In this document: positions 8,681 to 18,729 of the stretch, in pieces
Layout of the letters: each line of letters starts with the position of its first letter
Position numbering within the stretch: the first letter of the stretch is position 1
Source of the DNA: an uncultured Gemmatimonadaceae bacterium
GTDB taxonomy: Bacteria; Gemmatimonadota; Gemmatimonadetes; Gemmatimonadales; Gemmatimonadaceae
Reading direction: 5' to 3'
NCBI GenBank assembly: GCA_963740355.1
Contig: CAVUDW010000003.1
Location: 1,376,001-1,440,000 of the forward strand
Length of the DNA stretch: 64,000 nucleotides
Program-made: the position numbers and the translations under genes
The notes under the pieces: model-generated
What the model saw: only the letters and a program-made list of their open reading frames with translations
Database searches by the model: none
Told to the model about the DNA's origin: nothing

Positions 8681-11600
8681 CTACTTCGGGTTCGCCGTCG
8701 CTGGCAACGCGTCGTTCGTCATCCACCACTGCTTCGGCAACGGCTTCGCACGCGGCCAGACTTCCGACAACGTGTTGCCTTCGTAGAGGCGGCCGTTCTT
8801 CATCACCATCTGGATCGAGTTGGTGTTGCGGATGTCATCCAGCGGGTTTGCATCCAGCACCAGCAGGTCGGCCAGCTTGCCGACTTCCACCGAGCCGAGA
8901 TTGGCCTGCAAGCCGATCGCCTGCGCACCGAAGATCGTCGCCACACGCAACACATCCATCGGCTTCATGCCACCGCTGGCAATGTTCCACATCTCCCAGT
9001 GCACGCCCAGGCCCTGCAACTGGCCGTGGCCACCCAACCCCACACGACCGCCGGCCTCGACGACCTTCCGTGCCTGCTCGGCGAAGAGCTTGTAGGAGTA
9101 CTCGCTGTCGCGGAACCACTGCGGACGGCGGAGGCCGCGACGCTCGAGTTCCGAGAAGGGCGTGAAGTGCGCCAGCTTCTTGTCGGCGAGGATGTCGTAG
9201 TGCTCGTACCACCAGTTCTCGGCCCACGGCCCGCCGTACTGCACCAGCAACGTTGGCGTATACGTGGTGCCACTCTGCGCGAAGAGGCTGATCGCGTCCT
9301 TGTACATCGGTGCGATCGGTAGCGTGTGTTCGATGCCGGCGTAGCCGTCCATGGCCTCGGTCATGTTCTTCTTGAAGTCGAGGCCCCCTTCCAGCGTCGG
9401 CGTGATGTTCTGCGCCCGCGCCGCCATCGCGACCCACTGCCGCTGGCGACGATCACCGGCCATGTACTGCTTGATGGTCTCGGTCTGGTAGAACTCCGAA
9501 TACCTGCGCATCACTTCCTTGGCATCGTCGGCGCTGTTCACGTCATCCTGCACGAAGATGCCGGGGCCAGTGGTATAGATGCGGGGGCCGATGATCTGGC
9601 CGACATCGACTGCGTCGCCGTACGAGATGACGTCGCTGGTAGACGTCTGCGGGTCACGCGTCGTGGTCACGCCATAGGCGAGGTTGACGGTGTACATGTA
9701 CGGCTGCGGCGAGTGAATTCCCCACTGCGGCCACATGTGGGCGTGCACGTCGATCAGGCCCGGCATGATGGTCTTGCCCGCGACGTCGATGATGCGGGCG
9801 TTGGCTGGCACAGTGACACTGCCCTGCTCACCAACGGCCACGATCCGATTGGCCGTGATCACGACATCACCCTTCGCGATCACCGCGTCACCCTTCATGG
9901 TGATGATGCGTGCACCGCGCAGCACGACGCTACCTGTCGGACGATCCTTGGCGGCCGTGATCGTGATGTCGGTGCGTGCCGCTTCGTAGACCGGCTTGTT
10001 CGGGCCCGCATTCGCACCGGCGCCGGCGCCGCCTGCTCCGCGCGCTGGTGGTGCCTTCGAGGCGGAGTCGGCCGCCAGTGAATCCGCCTTCGCGAGGTCG
10101 TACTGGAAGTACGAACGGCCAAGCGCGTAGAAGACGCCCTTCGAGTCGGCGTTCCAGCCCATGAAGTCGCCGCCGATACGCGACAGTCGACGGAAGGGCA
10201 ACGCGCCACCGGTTGCCTGCTGCACCGAGATCGATGGCGTGGTGCCACCGGTCATCGGCAGCGGGACCACGAAGAGGCGGTTGTCCACCGAAGCCAGCAC
10301 ACGATTGCCATCGGGCGACACGTTCAACTCGGCCGCCTGACGCGGCTGTGCATTCGGACCACCGCCTGGCGCCATGAAACCCGTCACCTTCAGGTGCGAC
10401 GTGCGATCGGTGCCGTCCCAGCGCATCGAGACCAGCCCATCACCCGCTTCGTAGATCCAGATCCGCGAAGTGTCGCTGGTGAAGTGCGGACGACCGGCGT
10501 TGGTGAGCGAGGTGATGAACGTGGATGCACCGCCACTGGCCGGAATCCAGACCAGGTCCGTGATGACCAGCTTCGGGTTGATCTCGTCGTTCACGATCGC
10601 GCGCTGCGAGCGGGGTGCGCGTGCGGCAACGATGCGCGAACCAGTTGGCGAATAGGCGATGTCGTCGTAGTACGCCGACTGGGTGGTGAGCTTCTCCGGC
10701 CGGCCACCAGCCGATGGAATGCGCCAGATGTCACCACCATCCTCGTTCCACGAGATGTAGGCGATGTACTTGCCGTCCGGCGACCAGACAGGGAGATGTT
10801 CGCCGTCGGTGGCCGTCGTCATCCGCTTCGGCGTGCCAGATGGCAGGTCCATGATCCAGAGATGATCCAGCGCCGAGAACGCGAGACGCTTGCCGTCAGG
10901 CGACGGGCGGGGGCCACGAATCTGGCGCACCGTCAGCAACGTGTCGTTGATCGGATATTCGAACTTCACCAGCTCGCCGATCATCTGGTCCACTTCGGCC
11001 GTGAACGGAATCGGCGTCTGCTTGCCCGACGCGATGTCGAGGCTCCAGATCTTGCCGTGATGTGCAAGAACGATCGCCTTCGAATCCGGCGTCCACGAAT
11101 AACCAGGCAGCAGGTCGCGTGAACCGCGTGACTCGATGTCGTCGCGCTGGATGTCGTTCGAGAGCCAGCGTTCATCGCCGGACGACAACTCGCGCAGCTT
11201 CAGTCCCGTGACGGCCATCTCGCGTGATGCATAGGCGAGGTACTTGCCGTCGGGCGAGATGGCGGGACGGAAGGCATTGCCGAGGTTGAGCGTGCGGGTG
11301 GCGAGGCGACCGGTCTTGCGGTCGTACATCACCACCTGCGTGCTGCCCATCATCTGGTTGTAGCCCGCGGGGCCGGTGCGCGCGCCAGCGTAGATGTAGC
11401 GACCATCGGGCGATGCCGACGCGCCCATGAAGTTCACCGGCGCGGCACCACCGCCTCCACCGCCACCCGCCGTCGCCGGCGGTGTGTTGCCAGTGAGCCG
11501 CAGACCGCTGCCGCCGCCGACGTGATAGAGCCAGAGATCCGCGCTCTTCGACACCACGACATACTGCCCATCGGGGGTGAAGTCGGGCGAGATGAAGGCC

Positions 11601-12022
11601 TGGTTGAAGCCACGCGTCAGCGGGCGGAGGCGCTTCCCATCGGGATCGATGAGGTAGAGGTTCTCGCTGCCGGAGCGATCGCTGACGAAGACGATCGACT
11701 TGCCGTCGGGCGAAAAACGCGGCTGCCCGTCGAAGCCCGAGCCGCTGGTGATACGCGTCGCCGCGCCACCGGTCGCCGGCAGCGTGTAGAGGTCACCGAG
11801 CATGTCGAAGACGATGGTCTTGCCATCGGGGGACAGGTCAAGCGACAACCATGTCCCTTCATCGGTGGTGAAGCGCAGCGGCCGCGTCGGAATCAGCGGC
11901 AGGTCGCTCTCGGGCGCCGTGCGTCTGGTGGAGTCAGGTGCGCCCTGCGCACCAGCAGAGCCGACGACGGCCGCGAGAAGTGAAAACGCCAGCGCCTGTC
12001 GGACGAGTGGTGCACGAATCAT
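8681..12022 (-). CDS. Secreted amidohydrolase with N-terminal TolB-like (PD40) beta-propellers
   Basis: Signal peptide, repeated SPDGK/SPDG motifs, PGLIDVHAH metal motif, GKLADLLVLDANPL. Confidence 0.9.
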   Translation of the reverse strand: MIRAPLVRQALAFSLLAAVVGSAGAQGAPDSTRRTAPESDLPLIPTRPLRFTTDEGTWLSLDLSPDGKTIVFDMLGDLYTLPATGGAATRITSGSGFDGQPRFSPDGKSIVFVSDRSGSENLYLIDPDGKRLRPLTRGFNQAFISPDFTPDGQYVVVSKSADLWLYHVGGGSGLRLTGNTPPATAGGGGGGGAAPVNFMGASASPDGRYIYAGARTGPAGYNQMMGSTQVVMYDRKTGRLATRTLNLGNAFRPAISPDGKYLAYASREMAVTGLKLRELSSGDERWLSNDIQRDDIESRGSRDLLPGYSWTPDSKAIVLAHHGKIWSLDIASGKQTPIPFTAEVDQMIGELVKFEYPINDTLLTVRQIRGPRPSPDGKRLAFSALDHLWIMDLPSGTPKRMTTATDGEHLPVWSPDGKYIAYISWNEDGGDIWRIPSAGGRPEKLTTQSAYYDDIAYSPTGSRIVAARAPRSQRAIVNDEINPKLVITDLVWIPASGGASTFITSLTNAGRPHFTSDTSRIWIYEAGDGLVSMRWDGTDRTSHLKVTGFMAPGGGPNAQPRQAAELNVSPDGNRVLASVDNRLFVVPLPMTGGTTPSISVQQATGGALPFRRLSRIGGDFMGWNADSKGVFYALGRSYFQYDLAKADSLAADSASKAPPARGAGGAGAGANAGPNKPVYEAARTDITITAAKDRPTGSVVLRGARIITMKGDAVIAKGDVVITANRIVAVGEQGSVTVPANARIIDVAGKTIMPGLIDVHAHMWPQWGIHSPQPYMYTVNLAYGVTTTRDPQTSTSDVISYGDAVDVGQIIGPRIYTTGPGIFVQDDVNSADDAKEVMRRYSEFYQTETIKQYMAGDRRQRQWVAMAARAQNITPTLEGGLDFKKNMTEAMDGYAGIEHTLPIAPMYKDAISLFAQSGTTYTPTLLVQYGGPWAENWWYEHYDILADKKLAHFTPFSELERRGLRRPQWFRDSEYSYKLFAEQARKVVEAGGRVGLGGHGQLQGLGVHWEMWNIASGGMKPMDVLRVATIFGAQAIGLQANLGSVEVGKLADLLVLDANPLDDIRNTNSIQMVMKNGRLYEGNTLSEVWPRAKPLPKQWWMTNDALPATANPK

Positions 12023-12144
12023 TGCCGCTCCGGATGTAGAACAACCTGCAGGTGGGCCCGCCGCACAGTTACGCGCGGGCGGGGCCCATCGCTAGGCCGG
12101 AGCGCAGTGGATGCGGTGCCGCCGTGACGCCGCGGCGACTCAGA

Positions 12145-12627
12145 TCAGGTGCGTTCCCAGAACGGCGGCGGTTCGATCCCCAACGCGCGCAGGTAGACGT
12201 AACCCTGGCCGCGATGATGGATCTCGTTGTCGATCACGTAGAGAAAGAGATCGTGGACCGGGAAGGTCCACTGTCCAAACGCTGTCACCGTCTCCTGATA
12301 TTTCTCGAGCGGGATTTTCGGCATGATCTCGTCCAGCTTCGCAGTGGTCTCGTCCCACGCCGCAAGGATTTCGGCCTGCGTCTTGGCCGAGCTCTCGGCA
12401 TACGCCGACCAGTCGCCGGTCAACACGCCGTGTGCGGTCGGCAGGGCCATGCCGAGCATCTCCGAGGCGAGGGCGCTCATCGGTCGCATGCCGCCAATCG
12501 AGAGGGAGGTGAATTCGTCGGCCGGGAAGGCGGCGATCACGCGGCGGGTGAGGCGCCGATGCCCCTGCCAGTGTGCGAGGAAGGCTTCGGGGGTGATGAC
12601 GGCTGGGACGGTGCTGGCAGTGGACAT
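12145..12627 (-). CDS. DinB family protein
   Basis: HWQGHRRLTRR..YVIDNEIHHRGQGYVYLRALGIEPPPFW; ATG 12627. Confidence 0.88.
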   Translation of the reverse strand: MSTASTVPAVITPEAFLAHWQGHRRLTRRVIAAFPADEFTSLSIGGMRPMSALASEMLGMALPTAHGVLTGDWSAYAESSAKTQAEILAAWDETTAKLDEIMPKIPLEKYQETVTAFGQWTFPVHDLFLYVIDNEIHHRGQGYVYLRALGIEPPPFWERT

Positions 12628-12719
12628 TCTGGCCTCGCGGGAAATTGTCGCCGACTGTGTTTCGGTTTTTGTTCGGACCACGATTGTAGGACTTGGGGTC
12701 CGAAGTCGCAAGCCCCCAG

Positions 12720-14171
12720 TTAGGCCGCCGGCATCGTGATCACGAACTCGGTCCGGCCGGGCCGCGACTCGGCCAGGTCGAGCGTCCCGTTATGCATCTC
12801 GGCAATCCGTCGCGCGATGGCGAGGCCGAGTCCGGCGCCGCTAGTCGCCGAGGTCTCAGCGCGGGAACGGGATGAGTCGACGCGAAAGAATCGCTCGAAG
12901 ATGTGCTCGCGCGCTTCGGCTGGGATGCCGGGGCCGTTGTCGATGACGCGGATCTCGTAGTGGCCATTGCGCCGCGCGAGCCCGACGTCGATGGCGCTGC
13001 CGGTGGGTGAATACTTGATCGCGTTGTCGAGCAGGTTGAGCAGCAGCCGCCCAAGCAGGTCGGCGTCACCGGTGAACGGCGCTTCGGCCAGTTCTCGGAC
13101 GTCGATGCCGATGCCACGCTGAATCGCCACCGATCGTACCGCACGCGTGGCATCCTGCACCAGTTCATCCAGGTACAGCGGCTCCGGATGGGTGACGAGG
13201 TGTCCGGCGTCGGCTCGGGAGAGCAGGAAGAGGTCGTCCACGATGCGCGTCAAGCGTCGAGCGGCATCCTGCATGACGGTGACGGAGGCGCGGTATTCGT
13301 CTTCGGTGCGATGCTCGCGCGAGAGCGTGATGTCGGCTTCGGCGCGCACGACGGCCGTTGGTGTGCGCAGCTCGTGTGAGGCATCGGCGACGAATCGCCG
13401 CTGCTGCTCGAATGACGATTCGAGCCGATCGAGCAAGCCGTTCACCACGCGGGACAAGCCTGCCAGTTCGTCACCACCGGCCACCGGCAGCCGTTCGTGC
13501 ATGTTGCTGGCCGTGATGGCCGCGGCCTGCGCCGACATCGCCGCCACCGGCGCCAGGCTGCGTCGTGCGAGTGCGTAGCCGCCGAACGATGCGACCACCA
13601 GCAACAGCGGGATCGCGATCAGGAACATCTCGCGCACCCGTCGCAGCACATCGTCGATGTCGCGGAGCGAATAGGCGCCCATCAATGAGAATCGTTGGCC
13701 ATCGACCAGCAGCGGGCGCGCCTGCATGCGGAAATCGCCAGATGCGCTGGGGACGGTGATCGCCACGGAATCCGAGGGCCCTCGCGCACGGACTGCGGCC
13801 AGCAGTCGTTCCTCGACTTCGGCCGGTGGAAGATGGCTGGCGCGCAGCTCTTCGTCATCGGCGGCGAGGGCATTCATCGCCACGACCTTGGCGTTGGTGT
13901 CGAGGATGGCGATGTGCAGTTCACGGAACCGCACTTCATCCACGGCCGTGCGCATGGCCTGCACCACGCTCAGGCTGGCCCGACGTTCCGCCACCAGTTC
14001 TCGACTGAAGGCCGACAGGGCATCACTGATGAAGATGTCGGTGCGACGTTCGAGGGTGCGCGCGACGACGAAGTAACAGGCGACGGCGAACACGATCAGT
14101 GGCACGGCCAGCAGCACGGTGTACCACAACGTGAGCCGCGACCGGAGCGACGTCGGCCACTGCTGCAGCAT
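12720..14171 (-). CDS. Sensor histidine kinase (HAMP, HisKA, HATPase; CusS/heavy-metal-sensor-like)
   Basis: Two TM helices, ADASHELRTP H-box, NLLDNAIKY, DNGPG, GAGLGL. Confidence 0.93.
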   Translation of the reverse strand: MLQQWPTSLRSRLTLWYTVLLAVPLIVFAVACYFVVARTLERRTDIFISDALSAFSRELVAERRASLSVVQAMRTAVDEVRFRELHIAILDTNAKVVAMNALAADDEELRASHLPPAEVEERLLAAVRARGPSDSVAITVPSASGDFRMQARPLLVDGQRFSLMGAYSLRDIDDVLRRVREMFLIAIPLLLVVASFGGYALARRSLAPVAAMSAQAAAITASNMHERLPVAGGDELAGLSRVVNGLLDRLESSFEQQRRFVADASHELRTPTAVVRAEADITLSREHRTEDEYRASVTVMQDAARRLTRIVDDLFLLSRADAGHLVTHPEPLYLDELVQDATRAVRSVAIQRGIGIDVRELAEAPFTGDADLLGRLLLNLLDNAIKYSPTGSAIDVGLARRNGHYEIRVIDNGPGIPAEAREHIFERFFRVDSSRSRAETSATSGAGLGLAIARRIAEMHNGTLDLAESRPGRTEFVITMPAA

Positions 14172-14173
14172 CG

Positions 14174-14905
14174 TCAGTCGCTGCGCTTCGACGTCTTCCG
14201 ACGACTGGTGCGCGCCGGGCTCGGTGCATCAGGCACCACGGGCTGCAGCACGAAACCGGTGCCACGCAATGTGGTGAAGAGCGGCACTTCCCCGTCTTCA
14301 TCGATCTTGCGCCGAATCCGGCTGGCGTAGACATCGATGATGTTGGAGAAGGTATTGCGGTGGTCCTCCCACACATTCGTCATCAGCTCCGCGCGACTGA
14401 CGACGCGTCCGGCATTCCTTGCGAGGAAGAGCAGGAATGCGAACTCGGTGGCGGTGAGCGTGATGACCCGTTCGCCACGCACGACGGTATGTCGGTCGGT
14501 GTCGATCACGAGGTCGCCGACGACGATCTTGGGCGTGACGGCATCGGTGCTCCGACGCGCGAGGGCGCGCAGGCGGGCCAGCAACTCGCCGAAGTCGAAC
14601 GGCTTGGTGAGGTAGTCATCGGCGCCGGCATCGAGCCCGGCGATCCGGTGTTCGACGGCATCGAGTGCAGTCAGCATCAGGATCGGCACCCGATCGCCTC
14701 GCGAGCGAATGGCGCGACAGACCTCGATGCCGGTCATGCCGGGCAGCAGCACGTCGAGGACGATGGCATCGAACTCACCAGACTCTGCCATTGACAGGGC
14801 GAGGGTGCCGGTCGCGGCCTGCTCGACGTCATAGGCGGCTTCCTTCAGCCCGCGCACGATGGAGGTGCGGAGAGCCCGGTCGTCTTCGGCGAGAAGGATG
14901 TTCAT
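14174..14905 (-). CDS. OmpR-family response regulator
   Basis: LLAEDD, LDVLLPG, DDYLTKPF, wHTH TLRGTGF; basic C-terminal tail. Confidence 0.95.
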   Translation of the reverse strand: MNILLAEDDRALRTSIVRGLKEAAYDVEQAATGTLALSMAESGEFDAIVLDVLLPGMTGIEVCRAIRSRGDRVPILMLTALDAVEHRIAGLDAGADDYLTKPFDFGELLARLRALARRSTDAVTPKIVVGDLVIDTDRHTVVRGERVITLTATEFAFLLFLARNAGRVVSRAELMTNVWEDHRNTFSNIIDVYASRIRRKIDEDGEVPLFTTLRGTGFVLQPVVPDAPSPARTSRRKTSKRSD

Positions 14906-15010
14906 CCGCGAAAAGTACGGCAGCGAGCGGGAGGGTGCACCGGCTCTTCACAGGGAAGTGGGGCGTGTCGGTGATCGGAACCAGGCCAGGTGCGCGTCAC
15001 CAGCTCTGAC

Positions 15011-15526
15011 TCAGTCGGCGTCCCTGCCGCCACGTGCGATCCGGGCGGTCACCGAGAGCTGCCCAACGTGTCGCATCCCATGCTCGGCACCGTGCACGAG
15101 GCATCCGATGACGGTGGACGGCAGCTTCGCGCGCCCGATGCTGCGGAAGTCGCCGAGGATGGCGGGATCGATGGTCTTTAGCTCGGCGATGGCGGCCTCG
15201 ATGCGTTCGTCGAGTTCGTCGAGCAGGTGGGGCACGTAGGCCTTCACGATCGGCGCCCCTTCGGCGCGCAGCGCCATGAACTGCGCATCGGTCAACGCTT
15301 CGCCGCGGGCATACGTGAACAGTCGATCAATTACACCGATGATGTGCCGGACATGGAATGCAATCGACGCGACATTGGCTGGCCGAGCATTCCACTCTTC
15401 CTCACTCAACGGCTCGACGAGTTCGTGGACACTTTCGCCGATCTGCAGGATGATGTGGGCGACCGGTTGCAACATCGCCGGCACACCATCCACAGGGCCC
15501 CGCTGCCACCATTCCGTCGCCGCCAT
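15011..15526 (-). CDS. DinB family protein
   Basis: EWWQRGP, ASIAFHVRH, HGAEHGMRHVGQ His triad; ATG 15526. Confidence 0.88.
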   Translation of the reverse strand: MAATEWWQRGPVDGVPAMLQPVAHIILQIGESVHELVEPLSEEEWNARPANVASIAFHVRHIIGVIDRLFTYARGEALTDAQFMALRAEGAPIVKAYVPHLLDELDERIEAAIAELKTIDPAILGDFRSIGRAKLPSTVIGCLVHGAEHGMRHVGQLSVTARIARGGRDAD

Positions 15527-15583
15527 GCTCGTGCTCCTCGTCGTTGGTTCCGCAAGGTATCGCGGTTCATCGTCACAGCGAAT

Positions 15584-15995
15584 CGCAGAGGCGGGGAGGC
15601 GCAGAGAACTGCCACGGCTGAACTGCATTGACGCAAGACGGCAGGCGGGTGAAGCGACAGCCGCAAAACTGCGACGGCCGCAAAACTGCGTGCGCGGGCG
15701 CGGGGCGTCGGCGTTGAGTCGCGGCTGGATTTTGAGGGGAACAGCTCGCCCATCGCCGCCCCGATTCCAAGGCACTTCACCAAAGCAGTTGCCGTTGCGG
15801 TGGCATTTGATCTTCCTCTTCGCCCAGGCGCCTTACAGCGGGAGTCGGAGTGGGAGCGCAGTTCTGCGGCTGTTCTGTTCTGCGGCTGTTGCTGTATCGC
15901 AGTTGTCAGTTCTGCGTCAAAGCAGGTTGCGGTTGCGGTTGCAGTTCACGGTTGCAGTTCGCCGTTGCAGTTCTCTGCGTCTCTCCGCCTCTGCG
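15584..15995. repeat. Long-inverted-repeat element, copy 1 (MITE/REPIN-like)
   Basis: Arms 15584-15627 (CGCAGAGGCGGGGAGGCGCAGAGAACTGCCACGGCTGAACTGCA) and 15953-15995 are near reverse complements; internal AGGGGAACAGC and AAAGCAGTTGCCGTT motifs; low-complexity GGTTGC/GCAGTT repeats. Confidence 0.75.
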
Positions 15996-16058
15996 TTTTG
16001 CCGTGTCTTTTAAGAACTAAAACGATACGAAAAAAGGAAGAGGGATAGAAACGGAACA

Positions 16059-16090
16059 CGGGGCCGGCTGCCTTTCGGCAACCGACCCCG
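16059..16090 (-). terminator. Intrinsic terminator downstream of M28 peptidase
   Basis: Minus strand CGGGGTCGGTTGCC-GAAA-GGCAGCCGGCCCCG followed by T-rich tract. Confidence 0.7.
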
Positions 16091-16139
16091 CATACTCCCA
16101 CCCAGGAGGTTGCGTGGACTCCCCTCCACGCATCTGGTA

Positions 16140-17777
16140 CTACCGTCGATAGCCCGCAGTGTTCCGCGTGCCGTCGACACAGGCCGGCCAGGTGCCCGGC
16201 GCACCGTTCGGGCCGGCTGGCAGCGGGTCGACTTTCACACGCCGCATCTGCGTCGGATCTTCGCTGGCGAGATATATCAACATCGCGACCAGCGTCGCAT
16301 TCTGCTTCAGGTCGTCCACCACGATCTTGTCGAACGTGTCACGATTCGTGTGCCACGTGGTCGAGCCGTAATCCCAGCCCAGTGCACCAACGCCGAAGGC
16401 CGGCGCACCGGCGCAGGTGAAGCTCACATGGTCCGTGCCACCGCTGCCTGGCTGACCCACGCCGCCGTAGCGGATCCACTGCGTAAAGTCGCTCGGCAGC
16501 TGCGACAGGTAGCCGCGCAGCACGGTGTCGGCCGACGTCAGGCCGCTCGCGCTCATGCTGATGATGCGGCCAGTACCGTTGTCCTGGTTGAAGAGCGCCT
16601 GCAGGCCATTCACCACTTCCGGGTGATCCTTCACGTACGAGCGCGAACCGTTCAGGCCCTGCTCTTCACCGCCCCAGTGGCCGGCGATGATCGTGCGCTT
16701 CGGCTTGTACCCGACACTCTTCAGGATGCGCATCGCTTCCAGCATCGTGATGGTGCCGGTCGCATTGTCGGTGGCACCACTGCCGGCTTCCCACGAATCC
16801 ATGTGGGCGGAAAGCATCACATACTGATTGGCGTTCTTGCCGGTGCCCTTGATCTCGCCGAGGGTGTTGGTGACCGGCACTTCGCCGAGGTTTTCGCTTT
16901 CGATCTGCACGCGCAGCTTGGGGCCCTGCTTGTTCGTCGAAAGGCGATAGACGAGGCCGTAGTCTTCGCAGCTCAAGTCGAACGTCGGCACCTGCTGCCG
17001 AGGCGAACCAAACGTCTTGTTGATGCCGGGATAGTTGGACCAACCGAAGGTCACGACACCCGCCGCGCCGTAGGCCTTGAGGCTGTCCTGCAGCCCGGCG
17101 GCGGAGACGTTGCGATTGTTGAAGCTGATGCGGATCGAATCCTGCGCGGCGCGCATCGAGGCCAGCGTGGCCGGCGTCGCGAACTCGGCCAGCTGCTGCG
17201 GGCTGCGGCAGCTGAGCTGCGGCGCGTTGATCATCACGAACTTGCCGCGCGTGGCCATCAACCAGGCATGCGCTGCATCAGCCGACTCGAACTGCGGCAA
17301 CACGACCACGTCGCCAGTGACGGCGCCGTTGGTCGACGGGCTCCACGACAACATGGTGCCTTCGAGGGTCCGCGTCCGCGGTGCGACGAGGTCAATGTGG
17401 GTCACGCCGCGCTTGAAGCTGCTCCACGTGCCCCACTGTTCCTTCTTGGCCGAGATGCCCCACTCGGCGTACTTCTTCAGCAGCCAGTCACCGGCGGCGG
17501 TGAAGCCGGGCGACCCGGTGAGCCGCGGTCCGATGGAATCGGTCAGCACCTGCGCCAGCGCACCGGCCTGCGAGCGCTGCATGCCCTCTTCCATGATCCG
17601 CAGCATCACGGGATCGGTGACGGGCGTCCGGCGCACCCACTCCGGCCACGCCTCAGGCGCGATGGGCTTCGCCATGGAGTTCTGAACCACCGGCGCCTCG
17701 ACAGGGCGCTGGCCTGACACCATCACCGGCGTGAGCACCGCGGCGGCGAGGGACAAGCGTCGGACAAACAGGGTCAT
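16140..17777 (-). CDS. Secreted M28-family peptidase (carboxypeptidase Q-like)
   Basis: Signal peptide, IGPRLTGSP, SAHMDSW, GATDNATG, GEEQGLNGS, GTDH, WHTNRDT; ATG 17777. Confidence 0.92.
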   Translation of the reverse strand: MTLFVRRLSLAAAVLTPVMVSGQRPVEAPVVQNSMAKPIAPEAWPEWVRRTPVTDPVMLRIMEEGMQRSQAGALAQVLTDSIGPRLTGSPGFTAAGDWLLKKYAEWGISAKKEQWGTWSSFKRGVTHIDLVAPRTRTLEGTMLSWSPSTNGAVTGDVVVLPQFESADAAHAWLMATRGKFVMINAPQLSCRSPQQLAEFATPATLASMRAAQDSIRISFNNRNVSAAGLQDSLKAYGAAGVVTFGWSNYPGINKTFGSPRQQVPTFDLSCEDYGLVYRLSTNKQGPKLRVQIESENLGEVPVTNTLGEIKGTGKNANQYVMLSAHMDSWEAGSGATDNATGTITMLEAMRILKSVGYKPKRTIIAGHWGGEEQGLNGSRSYVKDHPEVVNGLQALFNQDNGTGRIISMSASGLTSADTVLRGYLSQLPSDFTQWIRYGGVGQPGSGGTDHVSFTCAGAPAFGVGALGWDYGSTTWHTNRDTFDKIVVDDLKQNATLVAMLIYLASEDPTQMRRVKVDPLPAGPNGAPGTWPACVDGTRNTAGYRR

Positions 17778-17897
17778 GCAGGAGCCTCGAAGTCGAAGAG
17801 AAGCGGTCAAATCTGACCACTGCGCTACGACCGTGCTCCCTTCGCTGTTATTGCGAGTCACTTCCCGATAGCTGCAAAGCTCTCGTGCTCCGCTTCG

Positions 17898-17936
17898 CGC
17901 CGTTCCTCCGCGCCGTTCCTCCGCGCCGTTCCTCCG
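17898..17936. repeat. Tandem repeat, 3 x CGCCGTTCCTCCG
   Basis: Exact 13-mer at 17898, 17911 and 17924. Confidence 0.9.
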
Positions 17937-17948
17937 CGCGCACCCGCC

Positions 17949-18296
17949 GCGACGCTGCGCTTTCGCCTGGCGGTCCACACTTCCTCACGCGGAGGCGCGG
18001 AGGACCGCGGAGCCGCGGAGCTTTCGCTCCCGGCAGCCAGCTCTTGCTTGGGCCAGGAGGATGAACTGCAGGGGAACTGCGCTCGCGGTCGCCACCCCCG
18101 GCTCCAAGTAGCACCTAGCAGCCACCGCAACGTTGCCAAGCGGGCCGACACCCCAAAAAGCAGTTGCTGTTACCGTTTGCCCTTCGCCCGGTGTGGACCC
18201 CTCCGCCGCCAAAGGCGTCCGGGCCCTCCTCCGCGTCTCCGCGTCCCCCGCGGCTCCGCGAGTTTGACCGTGTGGACCAGAGCCGCCAAAGGCGTC
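17949..18296. repeat. Long-inverted-repeat element, copy 2
   Basis: First ~70 bp nearly identical to 50871-50942; right arm CTCCGCGTCCCCCGCGGCTCCGCG..TGTGGACC; internal AGGGGAACTGC and AAAGCAGTTGCTGTT. Confidence 0.8.
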
Positions 18297-18343
18297 CAAA
18301 GGCCCGCCGGCGTGAGATTGAGGACCCCGTCCGCAAAACACTC

Positions 18344-18382
18344 AAAACAGAACGGGCCGCCTTCCCGGAGGAAGACGACCCG
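18344..18382 (-). terminator. Intrinsic terminator (minus strand)
   Basis: CGGGTCGTCTTCC-TCCG-GGAAGGCGGCCCG then TTCTGTTTT; two G-U pairs form only on the minus strand. Confidence 0.75.
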
Positions 18383-18490
18383 CACTACACGCGGCGAAGC
18401 GCTCGGGATCGCTTTGCACGCGCACAGTAGCGGCGCTTCGTCGCGCCAGGCTCGGTCAGTCGGAGGGAGCCACGAGCACACTCCCGATGC
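18344..18490 (-). ncRNA. Candidate ~150-nt small RNA
   Basis: Bounded by a sigma54-like promoter and a terminator; several hairpins; no credible ORF with RBS. Confidence 0.45.
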
Positions 18491-18501
18491 CCAATGGATG
18501 G

Positions 18502-18517
18502 GCACGTCAAATGCCAA
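18502..18517 (-). promoter_or_regulatory. Candidate sigma54 (-24/-12) promoter
   Basis: TTGGCAT-TTGAC-GTGC matches TGGCAY-N5-TTGC spacing with one mismatch; IHF-like site at 18567-18595 upstream. Confidence 0.55.
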
Positions 18518-18729
18518 GCTCGGCCATTGCCGGAGCCGTACGCCTGCGCCGCGCCGCGCGACACGCCGTAACGCCATGCTTCTTAATCACTTACGACAAG
18601 ACGACCGACATCGGATTGATGCCGGTCGTCTCCAAATCGTGCGCAAGTCGCAAGTTCAGTCGAACTCGACTGTGGCGCGAATCCTACTGTTCAGCTCGCA
18701 GAATGTAGGATCATTGCGGCGGCCGTCGC

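Noticed and set aside
15800..15816. Second sigma54 promoter TGGCATTTGATCTTC
   Set aside because: Lacks the GC at -12 and lies inside a repeat element
18385..18511. 41-codon TTG-start ORF within the candidate sRNA
   Set aside because: The start lies inside the predicted promoter, there is no RBS and the composition is unremarkable; not formally excluded
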